A stretch of 64,000 nucleotides of DNA from Bradyrhizobium sp. (GTDB taxonomy: Bacteria; Pseudomonadota; Alphaproteobacteria; Rhizobiales; Xanthobacteraceae), in contig NZ_SSNA01000121.1 in assembly GCF_004799445.1 (NCBI RefSeq), forward strand, positions 4,234 through 68,233, in the 5' to 3' direction. Shown in pieces: positions 9,880-19,610 of the stretch. The position numbers and the translations under genes were made by a program. Numbering within the stretch: position 1 is the stretch's first letter; every line of letters begins with the position of its first letter. The notes under the pieces were generated by a model. The model was not told the origin of the DNA. It saw only the letters and a program-made list of their open reading frames with translations, and did not search any database.

Positions 9880-10440
9880 CGCCCCGAAAAACAGAGGGCG
9901 TGGGGAATGCCGGGTGCCCGTTGCACCCGCAGCCGCGCGTGGTGTGTAGAAAGCACGCGCGTTAGTCACCACGGTCGCACCGGGATCACCCGGCATTCCC
10001 GCACGCGGATGGTTTTAACGGTTTCCTTCGCGCTCTCCCCGGTGATCGGGCTTTCTTGTCACCGTCGCTCTCGCAAGTCGCCCTGCGAAAACTTGACGCC
10101 GGCGTCGAGGCGTCAGGACCACACGACTTCGCCGTCCGCGAACGCCTTCTAGCCAAAAGCACCCGGCGGTTTTGGTACCGTCCCGCCGAAGCCTTCGGGG
10201 AAGGCGGATCAGCGCCGCTCGTCTTGCGCCGCCGCCGCGTCCACCGCATCCCGTTCCAACGTCCGTGACGATCGCGAAACGCCCCTCTGAGTGGGACGGG
10301 ATGGCGGGAATATGGATGTGATTTGGGGCAAGCGAGAAGGGAAATATTTTTGCGGAGGGGGACTGGACAGCTAGCATCAGCCTGATCCGGTTCAGGAAAT
10401 TAGTTTTTAGGCGCAGAGATGGAAAGCGGGTCGGACGGCC
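9880..10440. repeat. Composite non-coding repeat patch upstream of the SBP gene
   Basis: No credible ORF. Six-frame peptides (ITRHSRTRMV, ASGPHDFAVR, RPSEWDGMAGIWM) resemble spurious peptides that I recall from interspersed repeats of Bradyrhizobiaceae. Only one copy in this window, so repeat status is from memory. Confidence 0.4.
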
Positions 10441-10888
10441 TTCCGTAGCATAAAGAGCCACGTCTTATTTGGCTGGTAAACGCCGGATCAAGCCGCGCCA
10501 ATCAACCTCGCGTGTTTGCGTCGCGGCTGTCTGGTGATGATCGCGATATGACCTAGAATCCGCAAGCTGTGGAGAAGGCCGCGTCAACTAGGCGATCGAC
10601 GCATCTTCTCTGAGGTGTAAGCCTACAAAAGAGAGCGCTCGGTCCGTTATTGAGCGGTTGTCGCCGAACGGAAACAGCGTTCTCGAGTCCGTCTTGAGAC
10701 CGACGCAGATCTTGCCCATTGCGAATGCGTAGCGCAATCGTTAATCCGATGATCGAGGGCGCTCTCCGGCAAATCTTTCGCGAGGAGGCGGATTTGCTCG
10801 CTTGGTTGTCGAGCGTCCGCCTCAAGCTATAATCCCTCGTGCGGATCGTTGGCTCGTAGAGACGAATTCCGTGGCGTATCGTTAGCAA

Positions 10889-10965
10889 GTAGCCCGCATG
10901 AGCGCAGCGATATGCGGGATTGGAGGAAAGAAGCTCCCGGATGTCGCTGCGCTCATGCGGGCTAC
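10889..10965. repeat. 30-bp-arm inverted repeat (GTAGCCCGCATGAGCGCAGCGATATGCGGG / CCCGGATGTCGCTGCGCTCATGCGGGCTAC)
   Basis: Arms at 10889..10918 and 10936..10965 read directly; lies just downstream of the stop of the 10972..11334 gene (minus strand). Confidence 0.7.
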
Positions 10966-10971
10966 GCTTCG

Positions 10972-11334
10972 CTAATCCAGCCTACGTGCTCTCAGCAAAC
11001 GCCAGATGCTTGCAATGCCGGACAAGATCATACGTAGAAAAACAACGATCAAAGTAATCTGGAGCCAGACGAAGCCACCGATCTCCCTGAAGACGAATTC
11101 GATTCGCGGACCCCATGGAGACGGAATGCTATCGCCGATGGCTTCCATGCCCCACTGTATCGCGCGTTGAAGGCCTGTGAGCAGCTCTGGCCACTGGTAA
11201 AAGGCAGCGGCGATAAACACCCAGGCCAGGATCACCGTGACGATCCGAAACGAGTGCACCTTCGCATGATGCCTCAAACCTGAATATCTGTTATCGCGGG
11301 TCAGCGGCGTCGTTTCCCCTTTTGGCTTCAGCAA
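10972..11334 (-). CDS. Hypothetical small membrane protein
   Basis: 120 aa with two hydrophobic segments; starts 12 nt after the AsmA stop on the same strand; lower GC than the surroundings. Confidence 0.4.
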   Translation of the reverse strand: MLKPKGETTPLTRDNRYSGLRHHAKVHSFRIVTVILAWVFIAAAFYQWPELLTGLQRAIQWGMEAIGDSIPSPWGPRIEFVFREIGGFVWLQITLIVVFLRMILSGIASIWRLLRARRLD

Positions 11335-11346
11335 ACCTGCCAGCCC

Positions 11347-13308
11347 TCAATTCGCCTTCGCATTCCCCACCGCCGGTGCACTCGCCGGCGCCGCGGCTTC
11401 CGGCACCACGGCCTTGCCGCCGCCGGTGAACCGCTCCAGCACCGATTTCACGGCATCGCGCGTCTTGCGGTCCTTCACCGCATCTAACAGCGGCGCACTC
11501 GCGGGCGAGCGGCGGATCAGGCTTTCGGGATCGGGAAAGATCAAGGGATCGTCCCACGGGCCCTGCACCACGAACGGCAGGTCGAAGCCGGGCGCGGCGT
11601 TCGGCGCGGAGGTCAGGCTGGCGGTGCCCTTGAGGTCGAACTCGCGCGCCGGCACCGAAGCCGTGCCGGTCAGGGTCAGGCGCGCGGCGGGGCCCTCGAC
11701 GCGGACATCCTCGGCGGTGGCGATGCCATCGGAAAATTTCACCGCGACATTGAGATTGTCGTAAGGCGTCGAGCCGGAGCGGAAGTTGCCGCCGCCGGAC
11801 AGCGGCCGGCGCTCCAGCCGCTTCAGCAATTGCTCGGCATTGAAGCCCGAGATCGCGCCGTCATGGCCGGTCAGGGTCGCGGTGCCGTCGAGCGATGACG
11901 CCAGCCCGAACGGCGACGAGCCCGAGGCGACCAGCGAGACACTGAGATTGCCGCGGCCGCTTAGCTTGTTGATGCCGAACAATTCGCTAGCGCAGGCTTG
12001 CAGGTCGACATCGGTGAACTGGAACTGGGCCTTGACGTCGGCCATGGCGTCGGTGCGCGCGACGCCGAACGAACCCCGCGCGATGCCGCCATAGACCTGC
12101 GCCTCGCCCACGCTCAAGGCCAGCGCGCCGCCGCGCAAATTGGCGCCGAACGCCGTCCGCCCGAGCTTGGTCGGGCCGACGGTGACCCGCGCCGCCGACA
12201 ACCGCATGTCGAGGTCGGTGGTCGACAGCGAATTCAGGTCGAACAGCTGCCGGTTCCAGTCATGCGCGCCGGAGGCGAGCAGGCGGAAGGTCGAGATATA
12301 GGGCGTGAAGTCGAGGCTGTCGGCGGCCAGTGTCGCCTGCAGCGACTGGCGGCCGTTATTGGCATAGGTCATCACGCCCTCGGCGACATTGCCGTCGAGC
12401 TCGACATTGACATTGGTGAGCGCGATCGAGGGACCGACGAGATTGGCGCGCGCCTTCAGCGCGAAGCGGCCGAAGCCGCCATAGCCCGGCGGCGGCTGCC
12501 CGGTCCAGCGCAGCGCATTGCGCAAGGAAGCCGAATCCACTGTCAGCGTGCCTTCCATCATCAGGCTGGTGCGGTTGGCCACCGTGCCGTCGAACGCGAG
12601 CTTTAGGGGTGCGCTGGAGAGCCGCGCCTTCAATCCGGAGCGGTCGCCCGACAAGGCCGCGATGAAGTCGCTGGCCGAGATCGAGCCGTCGACGCGCTCG
12701 CCGCGCCAGTCGAATTGCCCGGTGGCGGCAAAGGAGCGCGAGATCGACGGCCACGCCAGCGACAGGTCGATGTCGTCGAGCCGCTCGGTGAGTTGGTGGC
12801 CGGTATCCTCGTAGGTCAGCGTGCCGTCCTGGATCCTGATCTCGGAGAACGACACTTGATTCTCGGCGCCCGGCTTCATGGTGCGCGCGATGGTGGAGAT
12901 GAAAGGCGTCCAGTTGCTGTCGCCCTTGGCGTCGCGCACGACATGGATGTGGGGCCGCAGCATCATGACGTCGGAGATCTCGAACCGCTGCAGCAATAGC
13001 GGCAAGAGGCGCAGATTCGCGGTCAGCACGTCGACGGCGAGCGCCGGGTCGGCGGCCGCGCCGCCTTTCAGGCCGACATCGTGAAAGCTGATATAGCTGG
13101 CCGGGAACACCGAAATCTCGGTGGTGCCTGATACCACCAGATCGAGCCCGGTGACGGCGCGGATCTGCGCCTCCACCGCCTGGCGCAGCGCATCCCGGTT
13201 GAGGAACCAGGAGGTCGCGATCAGGCCGATCAGCGCCACGCCGAGAAACGCCGCAATCGGCATCCCCAAGCGCCTTATTCCCTGGGCTATCGTCAATGAG
13301 ATATCCAA
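11347..13308 (-). CDS. AsmA family outer-membrane biogenesis protein
   Basis: 653 aa; N-terminal TM anchor MPIAAFLGVALIGLIATSWFL; long beta-rich periplasmic region typical of AsmA-like proteins (recognition by eye). Confidence 0.75.
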   Translation of the reverse strand: MDISLTIAQGIRRLGMPIAAFLGVALIGLIATSWFLNRDALRQAVEAQIRAVTGLDLVVSGTTEISVFPASYISFHDVGLKGGAAADPALAVDVLTANLRLLPLLLQRFEISDVMMLRPHIHVVRDAKGDSNWTPFISTIARTMKPGAENQVSFSEIRIQDGTLTYEDTGHQLTERLDDIDLSLAWPSISRSFAATGQFDWRGERVDGSISASDFIAALSGDRSGLKARLSSAPLKLAFDGTVANRTSLMMEGTLTVDSASLRNALRWTGQPPPGYGGFGRFALKARANLVGPSIALTNVNVELDGNVAEGVMTYANNGRQSLQATLAADSLDFTPYISTFRLLASGAHDWNRQLFDLNSLSTTDLDMRLSAARVTVGPTKLGRTAFGANLRGGALALSVGEAQVYGGIARGSFGVARTDAMADVKAQFQFTDVDLQACASELFGINKLSGRGNLSVSLVASGSSPFGLASSLDGTATLTGHDGAISGFNAEQLLKRLERRPLSGGGNFRSGSTPYDNLNVAVKFSDGIATAEDVRVEGPAARLTLTGTASVPAREFDLKGTASLTSAPNAAPGFDLPFVVQGPWDDPLIFPDPESLIRRSPASAPLLDAVKDRKTRDAVKSVLERFTGGGKAVVPEAAAPASAPAVGNAKAN

Positions 13309-13484
13309 AGTCCGGTTAAATCTAATCTGGTTGGAACAGGTCCGGTTGAACCTTACGTCGGCTCGATGTCAGGGGTCACTGCCGAAAAGCCGGGCAGGAC
13401 ACGAAATCCGACGCCAACCCGCGCAACTTGATGGGTTTTCTTGACGCTTTCAAGGCCGTTGGCTGTCCCCCTCTCCCCGGGGTC

Positions 13485-13655
13485 ACCTCGCCCCGCTTGC
13501 GGGGAGAGGTCGATTTGCGTCGGCGACGCGCAGCGTCGTCCGGTGCAAATCGGGTGAGGGGGACTCTCCGCGAGTCGAATGCATGGAGGGCCCCCCTCAC
13601 CCCGACCCTCTCCCCGCAGGCGGGGAGAGGGCGTGTCACGCTGTCCCGCAGGCGG
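13485..13655. repeat. Repeat family A (REP-like) copy, extended
   Basis: Same motifs as 8056..8174 (CCTCGCCCCGCTTGCGGGGAGAGG, GGGTGAGGGGGACTCTC, CCCCTCACCCCGACCCTCTCCCCGCAGGCGGGG). Confidence 0.85.
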
Positions 13656-13703
13656 GGCGAGGTGACCCGTAAGCATCCAGCCCCGTCATTGACCCCTTCA
13701 CGC

Positions 13704-13786
13704 TGTCATTCCGGGATGATGCGTTAGCACCAGACCCGGAATATCGAGATTCCGGGTTCGATGCTGCGCATCGCCCCGGAATGACA
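13704..13786. repeat. Repeat family D copy (TGTCATTCCGGG ... CCCCGGAATGACA)
   Basis: Terminal inverted repeats; copies at 58368..58502 and 59401..59495. Confidence 0.8.
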
Positions 13787-13891
13787 GCGCGAGCCCCCGT
13801 CATTGACGCATTGCGAAGAATTCGCCTAATAATCGCTGGAAAGCGCGCCGGTCTGCATTGGCTGGCGCCTCCCTCCATCAGGTCGCCTATC

Positions 13892-14620
13892 ATGAACAAG
13901 GTCTATCCCGACGCCAAATCGGCCCTCGACGGCATCCTGAAGGACGGCATGATGATCATGTCCGGCGGCTTCGGCCTGTGCGGCATCGCCGAGACGCTGT
14001 CGGACGCGATCCGCGACTCCGGGGTGAAAAATCTCACGGTAGTGTCCAACAATGCCGGGGTCGACGGCATCGGGCTGTCCCGTCTGCTCGAAACCCGCCA
14101 GATCAAGAAGATGATCTCGTCCTATGTCGGCGAGAACAAATTGTTCGCCCAGCAATACCTCGCCGGGGAACTCGAACTCGAATTCAATCCACAGGGCACG
14201 CTCGCCGAGCGGATCCGCGCCGGCGGCGCCGGAATTCCGGCGTTCTACACCAAGACCGGCGTCGGCACGTTGATTGCCGAAGGCAAGGAAGTGAAGGAAT
14301 TCGACGGCGAGAAGTACCTGATGGAGCGCGGGCTGTTCGCGGACCTCACCATCGTCCACGCCTGGATGGGCGATACCGCCGGCAATCTGGTCTACCGCAA
14401 GACCGCGCGGAATTTTAATCCGATGATGGCCACCGCCGCCAAGATCACGGTGGCCGAGGTCGAGCATCTGGTGCCGGCCGGCCAGATCAACCCCGACCAC
14501 ATCCACACCCCCGGTATTTTCGTCAAGCGCATCATCCAGGTCGGCACCGGCAACAAGCGCATCGAGTTCCGCAATACACGCAAGCGCGACGCGGTCGCCG
14601 CAACCGGAGAGGAAGTCTGA
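13892..14620 (+). CDS. scoA: 3-oxoacid CoA-transferase subunit A
   Basis: Within ORF 13781..14620; conserved sequence begins at [12 protein letters not shown] (ATG 13892); [11 protein letters not shown] motif. Confidence 0.92.
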   Translation: MNKVYPDAKSALDGILKDGMMIMSGGFGLCGIAETLSDAIRDSGVKNLTVVSNNAGVDGIGLSRLLETRQIKKMISSYVGENKLFAQQYLAGELELEFNPQGTLAERIRAGGAGIPAFYTKTGVGTLIAEGKEVKEFDGEKYLMERGLFADLTIVHAWMGDTAGNLVYRKTARNFNPMMATAAKITVAEVEHLVPAGQINPDHIHTPGIFVKRIIQVGTGNKRIEFRNTRKRDAVAATGEEV

Positions 14621-15270
14621 TGGCCTGGACCCGTGAACAGATGGCCGCCCGCGCCGCCAAGGAATTGCGCGACGGCTATTACGTCAATCTCGGCATCGGC
14701 ATTCCGACGCTGGTCTCGAACTACATCCCCGACGGCATCGACGTCCAGCTGCAGAGCGAGAACGGCATGCTCGGGATGGGGCCGTTTCCCTATGAGGGCG
14801 AGGAAGACGCCGACCTCATCAACGCCGGCAAGCAGACCGTGAGCGAATTGCCGTCGACCAGCTATTTCTCGTCGGCCGAATCCTTCGGCATGGTCCGCGG
14901 CGGCCACATCGACCTCTCTATATTGGGCGCGATGCAGGTGGCGCAGAACGGCGATCTCGCCAACTGGATGATCCCCGGCAAGATGGTCAAGGGCATGGGC
15001 GGCGCTATGGATCTGGTCGCCGGCGTCAAGCGCGTCGTGGTGGTGATGGAACATTCCGCCAAGGACGGCCCGAAGCTCCTGAAGAAGTGCAATTTGCCGC
15101 TGACCGGCGAGAAGGTGGTCGACATGGTGGTGACCGATCTCGCCGTCTTCACCATCGACAAGCACGGCAAGGACGGCATGGCGCTGATCGAGCTCGCCGA
15201 CGGCGTCACGCTCGACGAGGTGAAGTCGAAGACCGAAGCCGATTTCCGGGTGGCGCTGAAGAACGCGTGA
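14620..15270 (+). CDS. scoB: 3-oxoacid CoA-transferase subunit B
   Basis: 216 aa; active-site region [10 protein letters not shown]; start overlaps scoA stop (TGATG). Confidence 0.92.
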   Translation: MAWTREQMAARAAKELRDGYYVNLGIGIPTLVSNYIPDGIDVQLQSENGMLGMGPFPYEGEEDADLINAGKQTVSELPSTSYFSSAESFGMVRGGHIDLSILGAMQVAQNGDLANWMIPGKMVKGMGGAMDLVAGVKRVVVVMEHSAKDGPKLLKKCNLPLTGEKVVDMVVTDLAVFTIDKHGKDGMALIELADGVTLDEVKSKTEADFRVALKNA

Positions 15271-15287
15271 GGCTTGCTGGTGGTTAT

Positions 15288-15420
15288 CGTCGTCCCTGCG
15301 AAAGCAGGGACCCATCACCACAAGCCTTAATTGTTGTGCGAAAGCCGTCGAACAGCGTCTCTCAAAACGAGCGACACGGCGTATGGGTCCCGGCTCGCGC
15401 TTTCGCTTGGCCGGGACGAC
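15288..15420. repeat. Repeat family E copy (CGTCGTCCCTGCGAAAGCAGGGACCCAT ... TATGGGTCCC...GGGACGAC)
   Basis: Second copy at 33844..33968 with the same termini. Confidence 0.8.
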
Positions 15421-15450
15421 AGAACGCGTAAGGCAGGCTGTTCTCTAATT

Positions 15451-15594
15451 CGTCATTGCGAGCCAACGGGTCGCGCGAATGCGCGCCCGATGACAGGCTC
15501 CGCGAAGCAATCCATACAGCCGCAACAAGACTGGATTGCTTCGTCGCTTTGCTCCCTTGCGCAAACGCTGCGCGTTTGTCGCAGGCAATGACGG
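15451..15594. repeat. Repeat family B copy
   Basis: Near-identical 5' 65 nt to 6128 and 45263 copies. Confidence 0.85.
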
Positions 15595-15598
15595 TGAA

Positions 15599-16945
15599 CT
15601 AGGCCGTCGCGGCGGCGACATCCTCCAGCCCGCGGTTGCGCGGCTCGACGCCCCAGGCCCACACCACCACGATCTGAACGACCACCAGGCCGATCATCAG
15701 CCAGACCACGCCCGGCAGCTGGTAGGACGCCATCAGCGCGCCGACGATGAACGGCGACACCACGGTGGCGCCGCGTCCGAACGTGTTGCAGATACCGTTG
15801 GCGCGCAGCCGGATCTCGGTCGGAAACAGCTCCGGGGTATAGACGCCATAGAGGATCGCGGTCTGCACGTAGATCGCAACCACCAGGATGAAGCCGACGG
15901 AGAGCACGATCGCCGGATCTGCCGTCGCATCGAAGCGGGCATAGACATAGCCGGCCACGATGGTGACGATCGATGCGCCGATGATGCTCCAGCGCCGTCC
16001 GATGGCGTCGGAGGTGTAAGCGCCGAGCGCGCAGCCGACCAGCGAAGCGGCCGACAGCACCAGTGTATAGGCCAGCGAATTGGTGATGGTCAGTCCCTGG
16101 CGCAGGAAGAATTGCGGCAGGAAGATCACAAAGCCGAAGATCAGCGTATTGATCGTGATCAGCACCCATGAGCCGACCAGCATGCGTTGCAGCAGCGGCG
16201 GCCTGATCAGGTCGACCGCGGCGACCTGCGCAACCGGCGCCGGCACCACCACCGGCGGCAACGGCTTGCCGCCCGAGGCCTCCTGTTCGATCGCCTGCAT
16301 CAGGGTTTCGGCCTGTTCCATGCGGCCTTCCGATTCGAGCCAGCGTGGCGATTCCGGCAGGTTCTTGCGCAGGTACCAGACGATCAGCGAGCCGACCCCG
16401 GCGATCACGAACATCGGCCGCCATCCGAAGTTCGGGATGATGAAATAGCCGAGCAGCGAGGTTGCCGGAAAGCCCGCCACGACAATGAAAGCCATCATCG
16501 ACAGCCAGCGCCCGCGCGTCTTCGGCGGCACGAATTCGGTCAGCGTCGAATAGCCGACCACGATTTCGGCCCCTAAGCCGAGGCCCTGGACGAAGCGGCA
16601 GGCGATCAGCTGGTTCATGTCCTGCGCGAACGCCGCCGCCAGCGACGCCAGCCCAAAGATCAACAGGTTGATCTGGTAGGTGAAGCGCCGGCCGTATTTG
16701 TCGCCGACAAATCCGGTGATCAGCGCGCCCAGCGTCATGCCGACAAAGGTCAGCGAAATGAATTGCAGGTTCTGCGGAACGGTCGAGAACTTGCTCTGGA
16801 CCGCCGACGCCAGCACGCCGCCGGCGACGTAGAGATCGTAGCCGTCGAAAAACATGCCGGCGCCGACCAGCCCGAAAATCCGGTAGTGAAACGATGAGAT
16901 CGGCAGCCGGTCGAGACGTGCGCCGGCGTTTACTGCGTGAGCCAT
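15599..16945 (-). CDS. MFS transporter
   Basis: Within ORF 15599..17053; start taken at MAHAVNAGARLDRLP (codon 37); the upstream extension lies in a repeat; GDKYGRR motif; about 12 TM segments. Confidence 0.88.
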   Translation of the reverse strand: MAHAVNAGARLDRLPISSFHYRIFGLVGAGMFFDGYDLYVAGGVLASAVQSKFSTVPQNLQFISLTFVGMTLGALITGFVGDKYGRRFTYQINLLIFGLASLAAAFAQDMNQLIACRFVQGLGLGAEIVVGYSTLTEFVPPKTRGRWLSMMAFIVVAGFPATSLLGYFIIPNFGWRPMFVIAGVGSLIVWYLRKNLPESPRWLESEGRMEQAETLMQAIEQEASGGKPLPPVVVPAPVAQVAAVDLIRPPLLQRMLVGSWVLITINTLIFGFVIFLPQFFLRQGLTITNSLAYTLVLSAASLVGCALGAYTSDAIGRRWSIIGASIVTIVAGYVYARFDATADPAIVLSVGFILVVAIYVQTAILYGVYTPELFPTEIRLRANGICNTFGRGATVVSPFIVGALMASYQLPGVVWLMIGLVVVQIVVVWAWGVEPRNRGLEDVAAATA

Positions 16946-17010
16946 TTGAAGTGTTCCCCCGTTGATCGTTTTTATCTCTTCTCGTTTATTCAAGTAGATC
17001 TGCGTCACTA

Positions 17011-17117
17011 GACCCTCATGGTGAGGAGGCGCTTTTGCGCCGTCTCGAACCATGAGGCCCCGGTGGCGGCCTCATCCTTCGAGACGCCTGCTCGCGCAGG
17101 CTCCTCAGGATGAGGGG
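17011..17117. repeat. Repeat family F copy
   Basis: CCTCATCCTTCGAGACG...CTCCTCAGGATGAGG, related to the 9701 and 52432 copies; between aldehyde dehydrogenase and MFS genes. Confidence 0.7.
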
Positions 17118-17151
17118 ATAGAGCCACCCATGACGAAGTAACACCGGTCGT

Positions 17152-18681
17152 TCAATTCAACCGCCGCTGGGTCGCCGTGTCGCGGTACCAGTCGAACGGC
17201 TGGTTGTGGGTCGCGACCATCACGCTCTTGGTGTTGAAGTGGTCGTCAAAACTCTCTGTGCCGAATTCACGCCCCACGCCTGAGTCGTCGACGCCGCCCC
17301 ACGGCGAGGCCGGGTCGAGACGGTGATGGTCGTTGACCCAGACGATGCCGGCCTTGACGTGGGCGGCGAGCCGATGGGCGCGGCCGACGTCGCGGGTGCG
17401 GATCGCCGCCGCGAGCCCGAACGGCGAATCATTGGCGAGCCGCAGCGCGTCCGCCTCGTCCTGGAACGGCGTCACCGAGGTGAAGGGCCCGAATACTTCC
17501 TCCCGGAAAATCCGCATGTCGGATTTCACATCTGCAAACACCGTCGGCTGCACGAAGTAGCCGTTGTCATGGCCGGGCACTTTTGCCGCCGCCCCGCCGG
17601 CCACCAGCCGCGCGCCGTCGTCGCGGCCGAACTGGCAATAGGACAGCACGCGGTCGCGCTGCCGCGCCGAGATCACCGGCCCGAGCTGGGTGGCGGGATC
17701 GAAGGGATCGCCGATCCGGATGCTTTTTGTCTTGGCCGTCAGCTTCTCGACGAATTCGTCATAGACCGAGGCCTGCACGAGATGGCGCGAGGCGCAGACG
17801 CAGGTCTGGCCGGCGCCGATGAAGGCGCCGAACGCCGCATAATTGACGGCCTGGTCGACGTCGAAGTCGTCGAACACCATGACCGGCGTCTTGCCGCCGA
17901 GCTCCATGGTCTGATGCGCGAACACTTTCGCCGCCGCACTGCCGGCGATGCGGCCGGCTTCGGTGCCGCCGGTCAACACCAGCTTGTTGATGTCGCCATG
18001 CTCGGCGAGCAGCTTGCCGGTGGTCTGGCCGAGACCGAGCACGACGTTGAACACGCCGGGCGGCAGCCCGGCCTCGGCGAAGATCTGCGCCAGCTTCAGC
18101 GTCGTCAGCGGGGTATATTCCGACGGCTTGACCACGGTGACGCAGCCGCTCGCCAGCACCGCCGCGAGCGACTTGCACATGATCATCAAGGGGTGGTTGA
18201 ACGGCGTGCAGTTGGCGACGATGCCGATCGGCGTGCGCAGCGTATAATTCAGGTAGGCGCCCTCGACCGGGATCACCGCGTCGCGCCGTGCCAGCGCCAG
18301 CCCCGCAAAGTAGCGGAAGAAATCCGGCAGCCGCGACAGCTGCGCGCGGGTCTCGTTGAGCGGCCGGCCGTTGTTGAGCGTCTCCAGCCGGTAGAGCGGC
18401 TCGAGATTGGCCTCGAACGCATCGGCGAGGCGATTGACCAGCCGGGCGCGGGCACGAATGTCCATGCCGCCCCAGGGGCGGCCTTCGAAGGCAGCGCGCG
18501 CGCTTTTCATCGCGCGGTCGACGTCATCGGCGGTCGAGTTCGGAATCCGCGCGATCACCTCGCCGGTGGCGGGATTGCGGACGTCGAGCATTTCGCCGGC
18601 GCCGGCCTCGATCTCGCGGCCGTCGACGAAATTGCCGTGGATTTCGACGTCGGTCGTCGCTGGCTTTGTGGAAATATTCAT
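17152..18681 (-). CDS. NAD(P)-dependent aldehyde dehydrogenase
   Basis: Within ORF 17152..18744; start at MNISTKPATT; catalytic motifs ELGGKTP and GQTCVCASR. Confidence 0.9.
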   Translation of the reverse strand: MNISTKPATTDVEIHGNFVDGREIEAGAGEMLDVRNPATGEVIARIPNSTADDVDRAMKSARAAFEGRPWGGMDIRARARLVNRLADAFEANLEPLYRLETLNNGRPLNETRAQLSRLPDFFRYFAGLALARRDAVIPVEGAYLNYTLRTPIGIVANCTPFNHPLMIMCKSLAAVLASGCVTVVKPSEYTPLTTLKLAQIFAEAGLPPGVFNVVLGLGQTTGKLLAEHGDINKLVLTGGTEAGRIAGSAAAKVFAHQTMELGGKTPVMVFDDFDVDQAVNYAAFGAFIGAGQTCVCASRHLVQASVYDEFVEKLTAKTKSIRIGDPFDPATQLGPVISARQRDRVLSYCQFGRDDGARLVAGGAAAKVPGHDNGYFVQPTVFADVKSDMRIFREEVFGPFTSVTPFQDEADALRLANDSPFGLAAAIRTRDVGRAHRLAAHVKAGIVWVNDHHRLDPASPWGGVDDSGVGREFGTESFDDHFNTKSVMVATHNQPFDWYRDTATQRRLN

Positions 18682-18734
18682 AGGTCTCTCCTTCGATCCT
18701 GATCCCCGGGCAAACGCTTCACGTTTATCCCGAG

Positions 18735-18812
18735 CGCGGATCATGATCTCATCTCTCCACGTTTGAGCATGATCCTCTCGGAAAACCGGTTCCCACTTTT
18801 CCGGATCATGCT
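18735..18812. repeat. Repeat family G copy (GAGCATGATCCTCTCGGAAAACCGGTTCCCACTTTTCCGGATCATGCT)
   Basis: Second copy at 34705..34830; overlaps the last codons of the GntR gene. Confidence 0.7.
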
Positions 18813-19450
18813 TCGATCACAACCGCGTTGCGCTTGAGCGCCGGCAGCACGCGCTTTTCGGTCTGGCTGATATGGGCCTTGATGATCCGCGCGGCGCCGC
18901 GCGCGTCGCGGCGCTGCATCGCCTCGATCAAGCTGACGTGCTCGGCCACCAATTGGGTCGGATCGTGATCCCTGACATTGGCGACGCTGACCCGCACCAG
19001 ACGGTCGGCCTGTCCGATCAGGTCGCACAAGGCTTGCGCCATGCGGCGGTTGCCGGAAGCATGCGCCAGCGCGGCGTGAAAGGCGCGGTTGTAGGCGATG
19101 AATTCCTCGTGGTCGCCGGCAAAGCGCCTGAACTCGTCGAGCGCCGCCAGCACGCTGTCGGCGGCGTTCTCGATGGCTTCCGCGACGCAGGCCGGCTCCA
19201 GCGCGAAGCGGAAGCGCAACAGGTCGCGTGCGTCCGACAGCGAGATCGGATTGACCCTGTAGCCCTGGCGCGGCTGCACCGTGACCAGGTGTTCGCGCTC
19301 CAGTCTGAGCAGGGCCTCGCGCACCGGTTGGCGGCTGACGGCATAGCGCTCGGCGAGCTCCTGCTCGCGCATATCATCGCCGGGCGCGAGCCGGCAGGTC
19401 AGGATATCAGCCCGCAGGCTTTCATAGACATTGTCGCGCAAAAGCATCAT
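18806..19450 (-). CDS. GntR family (FadR/FCD-type) transcriptional regulator
   Basis: Within ORF 18806..19642; start at MMLLRDNVYESL; HTH region ERYAVSRQPVREALLRLEREHLV. Confidence 0.85.
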   Translation of the reverse strand: MMLLRDNVYESLRADILTCRLAPGDDMREQELAERYAVSRQPVREALLRLEREHLVTVQPRQGYRVNPISLSDARDLLRFRFALEPACVAEAIENAADSVLAALDEFRRFAGDHEEFIAYNRAFHAALAHASGNRRMAQALCDLIGQADRLVRVSVANVRDHDPTQLVAEHVSLIEAMQRRDARGAARIIKAHISQTEKRVLPALKRNAVVIEA

Positions 19451-19482
19451 AATTTCTCTGGATACGTGCTCAGTCTCGCAGT

Positions 19483-19496
19483 CGTGAAATATCACG
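19483..19496. promoter_or_regulatory. Candidate GntR operator, palindrome CGTGAAATATCACG
   Basis: Perfect 5-4-5 inverted repeat 33 nt upstream of the GntR start, in the divergent intergenic region; fits the generic GntR GT-N-AC core. Confidence 0.35.
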
Positions 19497-19610
19497 TCAA
19501 GCGACAAAGGCTTGAAAAGGCTGAATTTTGATTTATCAATCGGTCCGCACCACCGGACCCCACCCTCGATCGGGGCCGCCTCCAGCTCAGCTTGAAAGAA
19601 AGAGACCGGC

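Noticed and set aside
10553-10888. 111-aa minus-strand ORF
   Set aside because: Ser/Arg-rich, with no SD sequence and no recognisable fold or family. It lies in a low-GC region that looks degraded.
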